A DNA stretch of 64,000 nt, taken from the NCBI GenBank assembly GCA_027491435.1, contig JAOZFG010000028.1:27955-91954 (forward strand). The letters are read 5' to 3'. The notes under the pieces were generated by a model. The model searched no databases. It was not told the DNA's origin and saw only the letters and a list, made by a program, of their open reading frames with translations. Positions 19,389 to 28,919 of this stretch are shown piece by piece (position 1 is the first letter of the stretch; every line of letters starts with the position of its first letter). The position numbers and the translations under genes were made by a program. This stretch comes from Thermoproteota archaeon. GTDB lineage: Archaea > Korarchaeota > Korarchaeia > Korarchaeales > Korarchaeaceae.

Positions 19389-20315
19389 TCACTTCCTCCT
19401 GAGCCTCGGGTTCACGTATATCTCAAGGGCCTGTCCCACCAACAGTAGGGAGAGGACGCTCAGGGATATCATAAGCCCTGGAGGTATGACCCAGTTCCAC
19501 AGGCCTAACACCATGGCCTGCCTCTGGAAGGCGTAGTGAAGCATCATGCCCCAGCTCTTCTTAGTTGCGTCTCCCAGTCCTAAGAAGCTTAGGGAGGCCT
19601 CTATTAACATGTTGCTGGCGGTCCTCAGAAGGGTCTCTGCCAGTATCAAGGGAGCTGTGTTGGGCAGGAGGTACTTGATCATTACGTACCAGTCCTTGGC
19701 CCCTAGGGCCCTGACGCTCTCCACGAAGGGCCTCTCCTTTAGCGAGAGGATCATGCTCCTTACCACCCTAGCCACTGTAGGCCAGCTGGTTATGGCTATA
19801 GCTATTATAAGCACTAGGAACATCTGAGTTACCAGCCAAGTCCCCTTGAATACCATGGCCAAGAATATGACCAGCAGGAGGTTTGGCATCACCATGAAGA
19901 GGTCTACCACCCTCATCAGCACTTCGTCCACGACCCCGCCCTTGTACCCTGCGACCATCCCAACCACTACGCCTATCAGCACCGCCGATAGGGCTGACAC
20001 TATGCCTATAGTAAGGGAGACGTTGGCCCCGTATATCAGCTCGCTTAGTATATCTTGACCTGCATCGTTGGTGCCAAGCGGGTGTTTCCAGCTTGGAGGC
20101 TCTAATGGCTTGCCGGTCCTCTTGTAAGGGTCGTAGGGGGCTATGAAGGGGGCGAACACCGCCATGAAGACTATGGCAGACAACATTATTAACCCGGCCA
20201 TTGAGGCCCTGTTTCCCCTAACTATAGACCAGAACTCTTTTACTCCCTGAATTCTCCTCTGCCAACCTGTCTTCTTCAGGTTCCTTATTAGCTCCTCCCT
20301 CGATACAGACATCAC
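19389..20315 (-). CDS. dppC: Dipeptide/oligopeptide ABC permease (DppC/OppC)
   Basis: HPLGTNDAGQDILS, ARVVRS, FVESVRALGA, EASLSFLGLG and SWGMML. Confidence 0.92.
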   Translation of the reverse strand: MMSVSREELIRNLKKTGWQRRIQGVKEFWSIVRGNRASMAGLIMLSAIVFMAVFAPFIAPYDPYKRTGKPLEPPSWKHPLGTNDAGQDILSELIYGANVSLTIGIVSALSAVLIGVVVGMVAGYKGGVVDEVLMRVVDLFMVMPNLLLVIFLAMVFKGTWLVTQMFLVLIIAIAITSWPTVARVVRSMILSLKERPFVESVRALGAKDWYVMIKYLLPNTAPLILAETLLRTASNMLIEASLSFLGLGDATKKSWGMMLHYAFQRQAMVLGLWNWVIPPGLMISLSVLSLLLVGQALEIYVNPRLRRK

Positions 20316-21289
20316 GTCACCCTAACCCTGGGATCTAACAACCCGTAGAGTAGGTCGGCCACCAAATTCGCCAGGAGCACAGTTATAGTCATTATAAGGA
20401 AGGTTCCCTGGACCAGGAAGTAGTCGTCGTTCATTATGGCTTCGAATATGAGCCTCCCAGTCCCGGGATAGCTGAACACGGTCTCAGTGAGTATGGCCCC
20501 GTTTATCATGAACCCGAACCTGAGGGCCGTGACCGTGACCATGGGCAGTATGGCTACCCTAGCGGCGTGCCTGTACATGACCTTTCTTTCGGCTAAGCCC
20601 TTAAGCTTGGCCATCCAGACGAAGTCCTGCCCCATAACCTCAACCATGGCGTTTCTCATATAGAGCATGTACATCCCTATCTCCCTGACCACCAGCACGG
20701 TTATTGGAAGGGTGGCATGCCAGAGCACGTCCGCTAAGTAGTCCAAGAAGGATGAGAACTCTTTGGCCGGGGTCACGGAGCCTGCTAGTGGGAACAATCC
20801 CAAGTAGTAGCCGAAAAACATCAGGAATATTAGGGCGAGCCAGAAGTGGGGGGTGCTCCTGATGAAAAGAGCAGTCGAAGTGACCCAGACGTCGTACCTA
20901 GTCCCGTGCTTCCAGGCAGTCTTCATTCCCAGGTAGATGCTGAGCACAGTGGAGATTATGATGGCAGGAAGTAAGAGGAGCAGGGTCCAGGGGAGCCTCT
21001 CCATTATAACGTCTATGACTGGCCTCTGGTAGTGCAGGGAGTAGCCCAGCTCCCCCCTGAAGGCGTTCACTATGAAGTCTATGTACTGCTCCCAAAGGGG
21101 CTTGTCAAGCCCGTAAACTGCCTTTATCTTCTCTATCTGCTCGGGGGTTATCCTGGGATCCTCTAAGACCAGCTGGCCGAAGGGATCTCCCACCAGCCTG
21201 ACCATCACGAACACGAAGGTGACGGCCGCTATAAACGTCAAAAATATGGCCAGAACCTTTCTTACTATAAATGCTGTGTAACTGGCCAT
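20312..21289 (-). CDS. dppB: Dipeptide/oligopeptide ABC permease (DppB/OppB)
   Basis: YGLDKPLWEQY, GELGYS, ERLPWT, ETVFSYPGTG and DLLYGLLDPRV. Confidence 0.93.
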   Translation of the reverse strand: MASYTAFIVRKVLAIFLTFIAAVTFVFVMVRLVGDPFGQLVLEDPRITPEQIEKIKAVYGLDKPLWEQYIDFIVNAFRGELGYSLHYQRPVIDVIMERLPWTLLLLLPAIIISTVLSIYLGMKTAWKHGTRYDVWVTSTALFIRSTPHFWLALIFLMFFGYYLGLFPLAGSVTPAKEFSSFLDYLADVLWHATLPITVLVVREIGMYMLYMRNAMVEVMGQDFVWMAKLKGLAERKVMYRHAARVAILPMVTVTALRFGFMINGAILTETVFSYPGTGRLIFEAIMNDDYFLVQGTFLIMTITVLLANLVADLLYGLLDPRVRVT

Positions 21290-21317
21290 CGGGACACCCT
21301 AAAAAATAGAGAGGGGG

Positions 21318-23132
21318 TTAGGACTTCCTCTTCAGGAGGAACCATAGCAGGGCGAGCACTATCACTATGACGATTATCCAGAGCGCCCATCCGTAATCGG
21401 GCTGCGCTGGCTGCGTTGTGGTGGCAGGTTTGGTTGTAGGAGTTGTCGAGGGAGCTGGCTGCTGTGTGGTAGGAGCAGTTTTAGTTGGGCTGGGCGTGCT
21501 GGTCGGCTTAGCGGCAGCCTTGGGCTTCAGGTTCAGCATGGTCCACCTGTTCACTATCCAGTCGAACTTGACCTCGACCCAGCCCTCAAACCTGTCAGTC
21601 CTGTACGGGTTCAGGATTACCGGGTAGTAGAGCGTTATTAGCGGCAGGATATCAGCTATCTTCTTCTGTATCTCACAAGCAAGCTGCTTCCTCTTGTTCA
21701 CGTCAAGGGTCACAGCCTGCTCATCCAGTAGCTTGTCAAGCTCTGGATCTGAGAGCTCATAGTAGTTAGCTGAAGCTCCGGTCTTGAACCTGAGCCTCAT
21801 CCAGTCGGGGTCTGGCTCCGTTGGACCAGCTCCCAGTATGAAGCTGTCGAACTTGTGGGCCTTTATGCCAGGCCATACGACTCCCTTCCAGTCAGCCACC
21901 TGCACCGTTACCTTAACCCCTATCTTGGCCAAGTAGTCTTTGATCATCTCAGCCGCCCTAACTCTGGCAGGGTCGTAGCTTGGCGGATATATCTCGAAGG
22001 CCACGTCCTTACCGTCTGGGGTCTCCCTTATCCCATCTCCGTCCCTGTCTACCCATCCGAGCTCGTCCAGTAGCTTCTTGGCCTTCTCTGGGTCGTAAGA
22101 ATACATCTTACCGGCTTCCTCGCAGTACCAGTCCTTCCAAACGGGTGGCATTATCCCGTAGCTTCCAGGTTCTCCAGCGCCTAGCCTGGCCACCTCCACT
22201 ATCTCCGTCAGGTTTATAGCGTAGGCCATAGCCTTCCTGAACTTCTGCTCGGTGAACGGGAAGTGCTTAAGGTTGAATCCCCAGTGGTAGAAGTAGGGCC
22301 TAAGGTACTTGTGTATCTTCACCCCAGCCGCCTTCAAGTCCTTCTCTACTGCCGGGTTTATTGACAAGTGTATTGCGGCGTCAATTTCTCCCCTCTTTAT
22401 CATGAGCACCTGGGTGTCTCCCTCCTTAACGAACTGAATCACCACGGTCTTCACCGCTGGAGCTCCCTTCCAGTAGTTCTCATTGGCAACTAACTTCACG
22501 TACTCATTTATCTTGTACTCCACAACTTTGAAGGGCCCAGTTCCAACGACCTCACTTATCTTGGGCTCGTACTTGGAGGCCACGAAACCTTCCTTGCTCA
22601 CTATAGGCTCCCAGATGTGCTTGGGCATTATCGGGTTAGTGAGCATCGTGTTAACTACGGCGACAAAGGGTTCAGTCAGGTAGAGCTTTACGGTATAGTC
22701 GTCAACTACTTCAACGTGGTCAAGGTACTCCATGTCGGAGTGACCCCTCTTGGCGGTGACGTCCTTCTTGAAGTACTCGAAGGTGAACTTGACGTCCTCG
22801 GCCGTGAAGGGCTTGCCATCCTGCCACTTAATCCCCTTCCGTAACTTTATCGTCCAAACCTTTCCGTCCGGCGAGGCTTCCCACGACTCCGCTAGCCAAG
22901 GTATGTACTTGCCCTCCGGATTAGTAGTGGCCAGGGGCTCGAAAATCATGTCCAACACGATAATCGTCCAAGTTGACGTGTCAGACCACGGGTTCAATGT
23001 TTGCGGGGGGCTGGGTAAGGCTATCCTCAGGACAGGCTCCTCAGCTGAGCGTACGGGCGCTATAGGAAGGGCTATCATAGCAACTAGGAGAGTAATTATT
23101 AAAATCTTAAACGCGTTTCTTGCACTGCCCAT
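21318..23132 (-). CDS. dppA: Peptide ABC substrate-binding protein (family 5) with Pro/Thr-rich linker and C-terminal TM anchor
   Basis: Signal peptide, PWLAESWE, LRKGIKWQDGKPFTAEDVKFT, VGTGPFK, a PT-rich tail and WIIVIVIVLALLWFLLKRK. Confidence 0.93.
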   Translation of the reverse strand: MGSARNAFKILIITLLVAMIALPIAPVRSAEEPVLRIALPSPPQTLNPWSDTSTWTIIVLDMIFEPLATTNPEGKYIPWLAESWEASPDGKVWTIKLRKGIKWQDGKPFTAEDVKFTFEYFKKDVTAKRGHSDMEYLDHVEVVDDYTVKLYLTEPFVAVVNTMLTNPIMPKHIWEPIVSKEGFVASKYEPKISEVVGTGPFKVVEYKINEYVKLVANENYWKGAPAVKTVVIQFVKEGDTQVLMIKRGEIDAAIHLSINPAVEKDLKAAGVKIHKYLRPYFYHWGFNLKHFPFTEQKFRKAMAYAINLTEIVEVARLGAGEPGSYGIMPPVWKDWYCEEAGKMYSYDPEKAKKLLDELGWVDRDGDGIRETPDGKDVAFEIYPPSYDPARVRAAEMIKDYLAKIGVKVTVQVADWKGVVWPGIKAHKFDSFILGAGPTEPDPDWMRLRFKTGASANYYELSDPELDKLLDEQAVTLDVNKRKQLACEIQKKIADILPLITLYYPVILNPYRTDRFEGWVEVKFDWIVNRWTMLNLKPKAAAKPTSTPSPTKTAPTTQQPAPSTTPTTKPATTTQPAQPDYGWALWIIVIVIVLALLWFLLKRKS

Positions 23133-23189
23133 TATATCACCCAGTTATCTACCAGGTTGCATTAGAGCTGATCTATACGAGTGCCCAAT

Positions 23190-23201
23190 ACATTTAAATG
23201 T
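23190..23201. promoter_or_regulatory. Palindromic TATA-like element between the divergent dppA and dppD
   Basis: Perfect 12-bp palindrome ACATTTAAATGT in the ~100-bp divergent gap. Confidence 0.55.
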
Positions 23202-23231
23202 TTAGGTGTCATTCTCACATTAGAGATCAGA

Positions 23232-24227
23232 ATGAAGGGAGATGGGCCATTTCCAGCTTCCAATAACGTTCTATTGGAGGTTAGAAACCTCAGAGTTATA
23301 TACGATACTACCTTCGGAAAGGTTGACGCAGTATCCCAAGTGAGCTTTCACGTTAATGAAAATGAGTTTTTCGGGCTGGCAGGGGAGTCGGGATGCGGCA
23401 AGAGCACGGTAGCTTACTCCCTAGTTAGAGAAGTCCCTCCGCCGGGTAAGATAGTGGGAGGCCAGATCCTGCTTAACGGCAGGGACCTGCTCAAGCTCAG
23501 CAATGAGGAGATGAGGAAAGTCAGGTGGAAGGAGGTAAGCGTCATACCTCAAGCGGCCATGAACGCTTTGAACCCTGTATACACTGTTGGAGATCAGATA
23601 GCCGAGGCCATAATGGAGCACGAGAAGGCCCCCAAGGACGAGGCTCTAGCCAGGGCCGAGGAGCTCCTGGACCTAGTTGGAGTTGGGAGGCATAGGGTTA
23701 GGAGCTACCCTCACGAGCTCTCCGGGGGTCAGAGGCAGAGGGTCATGATAGCCATGGCCCTGGCCCTCAACCCTCCCCTGGTGATAGCCGACGAACCCAC
23801 AACGGCCTTGGACGTGGTGGTACAGGCGCAAATACTCAACCTCTTCAAGGAGTTGAGGGACAAGTTCGGCATGTCGATGATCTTCATAACCCACGACCTT
23901 ACCACAATGTTCGAGTTAGTGGATAGGATAGCGATAATGTATGCGGGCAAGATAGTGGAGATAGGGCCCACCGACAAGATAGTGGACGATCCCCTACACC
24001 CCTACACCCAGCTACTGGTCAAGGCCGTGCCCAGGATAGGCAAGGGGGAAAGGGGGAAGTTCGAGTACATCCCAGGATCCCCTCCAAACTTGTTGGAGCC
24101 TCCGCCAGGCTGCAGGTTCCATCCTAGGTGTCCCAAGAGGTTTGAGCCCTGCGACAGGGAGGAGCCCAGGATTATCCAAGTGGACAGGGACAGGTGGGTG
24201 GCCTGTCACCTCTTCGGGAGGGGCTGA
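23232..24227 (+). CDS. dppD: Peptide ABC transporter ATP-binding protein (DppD/OppD)
   Basis: GESGCGKS, YPHELSGGQRQR, IADEPTTALD, HPYT and GCRFHPRC...VACH. The likely start is ATG 23232. Confidence 0.93.
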   Translation: MKGDGPFPASNNVLLEVRNLRVIYDTTFGKVDAVSQVSFHVNENEFFGLAGESGCGKSTVAYSLVREVPPPGKIVGGQILLNGRDLLKLSNEEMRKVRWKEVSVIPQAAMNALNPVYTVGDQIAEAIMEHEKAPKDEALARAEELLDLVGVGRHRVRSYPHELSGGQRQRVMIAMALALNPPLVIADEPTTALDVVVQAQILNLFKELRDKFGMSMIFITHDLTTMFELVDRIAIMYAGKIVEIGPTDKIVDDPLHPYTQLLVKAVPRIGKGERGKFEYIPGSPPNLLEPPPGCRFHPRCPKRFEPCDREEPRIIQVDRDRWVACHLFGRG

Positions 24228-24228
24228 C

Positions 24229-25209
24229 ATGCTGATAAGGGTTGAAAACTTGACCAAGCACTTCCCCGTAAGGAGGAGCTGGTCTGACATAGTTATGGGA
24301 GCTCCTCAGAAGTTCGTTAAGGCTGTTAACGGTATTTCTTTCACAATAGAGGAAAAAGAGGTCTTCTGCCTGGCTGGGGAGTCGGGGTGCGGCAAGAGCA
24401 CCACGGGAAGGTTGCTGATAAGGCTTCTGGAACCTACTTCAGGGCACGTCTACTTCAAGGGCAGGGACATATATAGCATACCCAGGAGGGAGTTCAGGGA
24501 GTACAGGAAGCTCATGCAGATAATATTCCAGGACCCCTACGAATCCCTGAACCCCAGGATGACCGTTTACGACCTTATAGAGGAACCACTACGAATCCAC
24601 CGGATAGGGGATCAGGAGGAGAGGTTCGACAAGGTCTATCAGGCCCTGCAAGACGTTGGGCTCGAGCCCCCCGAGGACTTCATGATCAGGTTCCCCCACC
24701 AGCTCTCCGGCGGTCAGAGGCAAAGGGTAGCCATAGCCAGGGCCTTAATACTTAATCCTGAGTTCGTAGTGGCTGACGAGCCCGTCAGCATGCTAGACGT
24801 GTCGATAAGGGCTGGTATACTGGAGCTCATGCTCAGGTTGAAGAGGAAGTACGGGCTAACCTACTTGTTCATAACCCACGACCTTTCAGTTGCCTATCAC
24901 ATGTGTGACAGGATAGCCATAATGTACCTGGGCAAGATAGTGGAGATGGGACCGTCTGAACGTGTGATAATGGAACCACTTCACCCCTACACGAAGGCCC
25001 TAGTTGCTGCCGTGCCTAAAGGAGAGCCTAAGCTTAGGCATGAGATAAAACACGTTCCTATAAAAGGGGACGTGCCAAGCCCTATAGACCTGCCCAAGGG
25101 TTGCATCTTCAACCCGAGGTGTGTGGAGAGGTTTGAGCCCTGCGATAAGGAGGAACCTCCTCTTGTGGAGGTTGACGGCAGGCTAGTGGCCTGCCACCTT
25201 TACAGGTGA
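24229..25209 (+). CDS. dppF: Peptide ABC transporter ATP-binding protein (DppF/OppF)
   Basis: GESGCGKST, QIIFQDPYESLNP, ADEPVSMLD and GCIFNPRC. The ATG lies 1 nt after the dppD stop. Confidence 0.93.
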   Translation: MLIRVENLTKHFPVRRSWSDIVMGAPQKFVKAVNGISFTIEEKEVFCLAGESGCGKSTTGRLLIRLLEPTSGHVYFKGRDIYSIPRREFREYRKLMQIIFQDPYESLNPRMTVYDLIEEPLRIHRIGDQEERFDKVYQALQDVGLEPPEDFMIRFPHQLSGGQRQRVAIARALILNPEFVVADEPVSMLDVSIRAGILELMLRLKRKYGLTYLFITHDLSVAYHMCDRIAIMYLGKIVEMGPSERVIMEPLHPYTKALVAAVPKGEPKLRHEIKHVPIKGDVPSPIDLPKGCIFNPRCVERFEPCDKEEPPLVEVDGRLVACHLYR

Positions 25210-25213
25210 TCTT

Positions 25214-26431
25214 ATGTGCAGACCAGCTGAGGAGCTTTATGAGGAGGCTGTAGAGCTTACCAAATCCCTCGTCTCCATACCCAGCGTGACTGGGGAGGAG
25301 GAAGAGATTTCCAAGTTTTTGGAGGACTGGCTAAAGGATAAGGGGGTTGACTCCTGGAGGGACGAGGTAAATAACGTTATATCCCAGTCCAAGGAGTCGG
25401 ACTTCTTCCTGATCTTCAACGGCCACATGGATACGGTACCCCCTCAAGAGGGGTGGACCAAGGACCCCTTCCAGCCGGTAGTTGAGGGGGACAGGCTTTA
25501 CGGTCTAGGGAGCTCTGACATGAAGGGAGGACTCGCCGCTGCAGCCGTGGTTTACGCTGAACTGGCCAAGTGCACCGATTACCCCTTGATGTTCACAGCG
25601 GTAGTCAGGGAGGAGGGGGGCGACGACACCCCTGAGAACATGAGGGGGGCCCTTTACCTGGCCAGGAACTTCCTGAAGGGGAAGAGGGGAGTGGCCATAG
25701 TGGGAGAGGGATCCCTGGACAGGGAGGGCAGGCTCCTAATAAGGATAGGGCATAACGGGAAGCTCAGGTTCAGGGTTAGGGTGAGAGGGATAGCTGGCCA
25801 CGGCTCCAGGCCGGACTTCGCCGTGAACGCCATATACCTGGCTGTTGAGTTGGTCAGGGCGTTAAAGGAGAGCTACGACGCTACGCTTCCCGTCAAAATA
25901 CCCAAGGTGACCCTGGACAACCAGGTGAGGCCTCCCCTGTCAGTCACCGTTTTCAGGGCCGGGAAGGCGGTGAACCAGATACCGAGCGAGGCTGAGTTCG
26001 TGGTGGACAAGAGGGTGGTTTACGGGGAGGACATAGAGGAGCTGAGGGGGAGATACACTTCCCTGATAGAAGGTGTTATGTCTGCCCTCAGGAGCGCCCT
26101 GGCCACCAAACTAGCCACGCTTGAGAGGGAGATAGGAGCTGAGATTGAGGAGGTTGGGTTGAACAGACCTCCATACATGCTTCCTGACACAGAGGAAGCT
26201 AACAGGTTGTTGAACGCCGCCAAGAAGGCCGTTCAGGATGTGGAGGGCAGGGTTGACCTGTCTTATGGGACCGGATTCACGGACGCCGAGATACTCTGGT
26301 CCTTCGCCGGGATTCCCTCCGTTATCATGGGTCCTGGGGGTAGAGCCCACGTCCAGGACGAGTACTTGGACCTCCCCGCCCTTAGGAAGGTGGTAGAAGC
26401 TTACCTGAAGGTTCCGCGTTACCTCTTCTAA
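25214..26431 (+). CDS. M20-family metallopeptidase/deacylase (ArgE/DapE-like)
   Basis: NGHMDTVP, LYGLGSSDMKGG, REE, GHGSRP, NQIP and AHVQDEY. Confidence 0.9.
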   Translation: MCRPAEELYEEAVELTKSLVSIPSVTGEEEEISKFLEDWLKDKGVDSWRDEVNNVISQSKESDFFLIFNGHMDTVPPQEGWTKDPFQPVVEGDRLYGLGSSDMKGGLAAAAVVYAELAKCTDYPLMFTAVVREEGGDDTPENMRGALYLARNFLKGKRGVAIVGEGSLDREGRLLIRIGHNGKLRFRVRVRGIAGHGSRPDFAVNAIYLAVELVRALKESYDATLPVKIPKVTLDNQVRPPLSVTVFRAGKAVNQIPSEAEFVVDKRVVYGEDIEELRGRYTSLIEGVMSALRSALATKLATLEREIGAEIEEVGLNRPPYMLPDTEEANRLLNAAKKAVQDVEGRVDLSYGTGFTDAEILWSFAGIPSVIMGPGGRAHVQDEYLDLPALRKVVEAYLKVPRYLF

Positions 26432-26456
26432 AGCTTTAGGCTAATAAGAGGGTGAG

Positions 26457-27005
26457 GTGATGAGGTCCGGATTAAAGGCCTGCCTCCCGCTGCTCTTCCT
26501 AGCCTTCCTAATGGGATATGCTTTAAGCCTGTACAGCGGGCCCGTGGAGAGAGGAGGCCCCATGAAGGGGCCAATCACCCCCTACTTCTGCCCGGAGGAT
26601 CACTGCGCCTTGAGGGTGATCAGCTGGGTGAACAGGGCGAACAGCTCGATAGATCTTGCGATATACTCCTTCACCCACGACGACATAAGCAGGGCCCTCA
26701 TAGAGGCCTACAGGAGGGGGGTGAAGGTCAGGGTCATAATGGAGGAGAGGAACGTGGACAAGTACAGCGAGTACGAGAAGCTGGTTGAAGCCGGCATACC
26801 GGTGAAGCTGGATGAGAACAGCGCCCTGATGCACAACAAGTTCATGGTGATAGACGGCAAGGTCGTGTTGACGGGAAGTTTCAACTACACCAACAGCGCC
26901 GATAAGAGAAATGATGAGAACCTCCTAGTCGTGGTATCGCCGCAGGTCGCTGAGAGCTACGAGGCCGAATTTAACGAGATGTGGTCTGGGGTATATGGGG
27001 GTTAG
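26457..27005 (+). CDS. Phospholipase D-superfamily (Nuc-like) protein with N-terminal membrane anchor
   Basis: Single HKD motif HNKFMVIDG, followed by TGSFNYT and NDENL; hydrophobic N-terminus. Confidence 0.88.
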   Translation: MMRSGLKACLPLLFLAFLMGYALSLYSGPVERGGPMKGPITPYFCPEDHCALRVISWVNRANSSIDLAIYSFTHDDISRALIEAYRRGVKVRVIMEERNVDKYSEYEKLVEAGIPVKLDENSALMHNKFMVIDGKVVLTGSFNYTNSADKRNDENLLVVVSPQVAESYEAEFNEMWSGVYGG

Positions 27006-28003
27006 CTCCCCAGCATTTTGACCTCCTCCGGGGGCCTCACCCTCACCACCTCCCTGTTCACCAGGTCCTCTGGAATCTGGCCCATGAGCACCTTCACCAC
27101 GTTTTTTGCAGCCTGATAACTTATGTCCTCCACGGACTCTACGGTGGCCCCGGCGTAGTGGGGGGTTAGCACCGTTGAGAAGGCCTCGTCGAAGAGCTCG
27201 CTCTCGGTCAGAGGTTCGACTGGGTAAACGTCGGTTGCGAAGCCCTTGAGTTTGCCCTCCTTCAACGCCCTGGCCACGGCCTGAAGGTCCACCAGGGCCC
27301 CCCTCCCCACGTTGACTAGGTACTTGCCCTCCATCATCTGTACCCTCCTCTCGTCAATTATGCGCTCGGTTTCAGGGGTTAGCGGGAGTATCAGCACGAT
27401 TACGTCGCTCCTCCTTATCAGCTCATCTACCTCCAGGTATTCTGCGTCGACGTCCTTCCTGGTCCTTGACCAGTACACCACCTCAGTCCCTAAGGCCTTC
27501 ATCCTCCTTAGGATGGCCTTCCCTATGGCCCCCATGCCCAAAATGCCCACAGTCTTGCCGAAGAGCATGTTCATCTCCCTGTACCTCGACCAGACCTTCT
27601 GGTGGTCGTCCCACTCTCCCCTCCTAACCATGGAGTCGAAGTAGGGTATCCTCCTCATCAGGGCGATGGTGAGGCCCACGGTGAACTCGGCTACCGCTTC
27701 GCTCAGAAGTCCAGTCACCCTAGTGACGTAAATTCCCCTTTTGGTGGCCTCCTCCACGTCTATGTTGTCGTAACCGGCTGAGTGTGCGCTTATCACCTTC
27801 AGCTTGGGAGCCGAGGCTATAAGCTCGGAGTCGAACCTGTAGTTTAGGGGCACTATGACCGCGTCGTACTCTGGCAACTTCGACTTCAGCTCCTCCCTAT
27901 CTGGGTAGGGGAGCACGTCCACCTCGCAAAACCTCTTCAGGTACTCGAGACCCTTGGACTTGATTTTTAACAGGGAGAGCACCTTGGGCCGCATCGGTTG
28001 CAA
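27002..28003 (-). CDS. D-2-hydroxyacid dehydrogenase (glyoxylate reductase-like)
   Basis: SAGYDNID, EAVAE, GILGMGAIG, VNVGRG, ATDVYPVEP and LTPHYAG. Confidence 0.9.
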   Translation of the reverse strand: MQPMRPKVLSLLKIKSKGLEYLKRFCEVDVLPYPDREELKSKLPEYDAVIVPLNYRFDSELIASAPKLKVISAHSAGYDNIDVEEATKRGIYVTRVTGLLSEAVAEFTVGLTIALMRRIPYFDSMVRRGEWDDHQKVWSRYREMNMLFGKTVGILGMGAIGKAILRRMKALGTEVVYWSRTRKDVDAEYLEVDELIRRSDVIVLILPLTPETERIIDERRVQMMEGKYLVNVGRGALVDLQAVARALKEGKLKGFATDVYPVEPLTESELFDEAFSTVLTPHYAGATVESVEDISYQAAKNVVKVLMGQIPEDLVNREVVRVRPPEEVKMLGS

Positions 28004-28044
28004 CGACGGGGATAACTTAAAGGTGTGTAGGGTCAGTTATTAAC

Positions 28045-28464
28045 GTGAAGTCGTCTGAGGTGCCCGCACTTAAGAGATTGCCAGAGGTCGTAAGGGTGCT
28101 TAAGGGGAGGAAAGAAGTTCTGTTCGCCTATCTGTTCGGCTCAACATCTAGGGGAAAGGCTGGAGCGTTAAGCGACATTGATGTTGCGATTTACCTGAAC
28201 CCCAAGCTTAAGGAGATGACGCAGGTCTGGCTAGACATAGCCAGTGAGCTTAGCTTCAAAGATGTACACGTAGACCTGATTCTACTAAACACAGCCAGCT
28301 ACAGGTTGGCGTTCGAAGCTATAAAGGGGAAGTTACTCTTCTCCAGGGATGAGAGTGCTAGGAAGGAGTTCGTCTACAGGACCATCAGGACCTACCTAGA
28401 TAGGAGGTATTACGACCTGCTGAGGGCCTCTCTCTTGGAAAAGAAGTTGAGGAGGGGTAATTGA
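28045..28464 (+). CDS. Minimal nucleotidyltransferase antitoxin (MNT/MntA)
   Basis: YLFGSTSRGKAGALSDIDVAI (GSx10DxD) and VDLILLN. Confidence 0.9.
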   Translation: MKSSEVPALKRLPEVVRVLKGRKEVLFAYLFGSTSRGKAGALSDIDVAIYLNPKLKEMTQVWLDIASELSFKDVHVDLILLNTASYRLAFEAIKGKLLFSRDESARKEFVYRTIRTYLDRRYYDLLRASLLEKKLRRGN

Positions 28465-28898
28465 TGTACTTCAGGGAGAAAGCTTTAGAGAAAATCAGGT
28501 ACATGAGGCTCTCACTATCTTATCTAGAGAGCAAGAAGGGCGTTAAATTGGAAGAGTTGACCTCAAATTACGAGCTGAGATCCGCAATAGAGAGGAACCT
28601 ACACGTCGCCATTGAGTCAGCCTTAGCTTTAGGGGAGATGATAATATCTGAGCTTGGAGGAGAACCCCCTGAGACCAACAGGGAGGTCTTCATAAGGTTA
28701 GGGGAGATTGGAGTAATACCTTCGAACTTCGCCGAAAGGTTGGCACCACTAGCTGGCTTAAGGAACATCCTGGTTCATCAGTATAACAGGGTAGATCCTC
28801 AAAAAATACTAGAGTTTCTCCCAAGAATCATCCGTGATCTTAGAGATTACATCGAATACGTAATGATTTTTTTAAGCGAATCAGCGAACGAGAGCTGA
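28461..28898 (+). CDS. HEPN/DUF86 ribonuclease toxin (HepT-like)
   Basis: AIERNLHVAIE and GLRNILVHQY (Rx4HxY); overlaps the MNT stop. Confidence 0.9.
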   Translation: MMYFREKALEKIRYMRLSLSYLESKKGVKLEELTSNYELRSAIERNLHVAIESALALGEMIISELGGEPPETNREVFIRLGEIGVIPSNFAERLAPLAGLRNILVHQYNRVDPQKILEFLPRIIRDLRDYIEYVMIFLSESANES

Positions 28899-28919
28899 AA
28901 GTCAATTATTTTAATTTTA

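Noticed and set aside
21400-21520. Low-complexity repeat-like sequence
   Set aside because: It encodes the Pro/Thr-rich linker of DppA, a common feature of archaeal SBPs.
23377-25200. Repeated DNA segments between dppD and dppF
   Set aside because: Explained by paralogous ABC ATPase motifs (Walker A, signature, C-terminal Cys motif).
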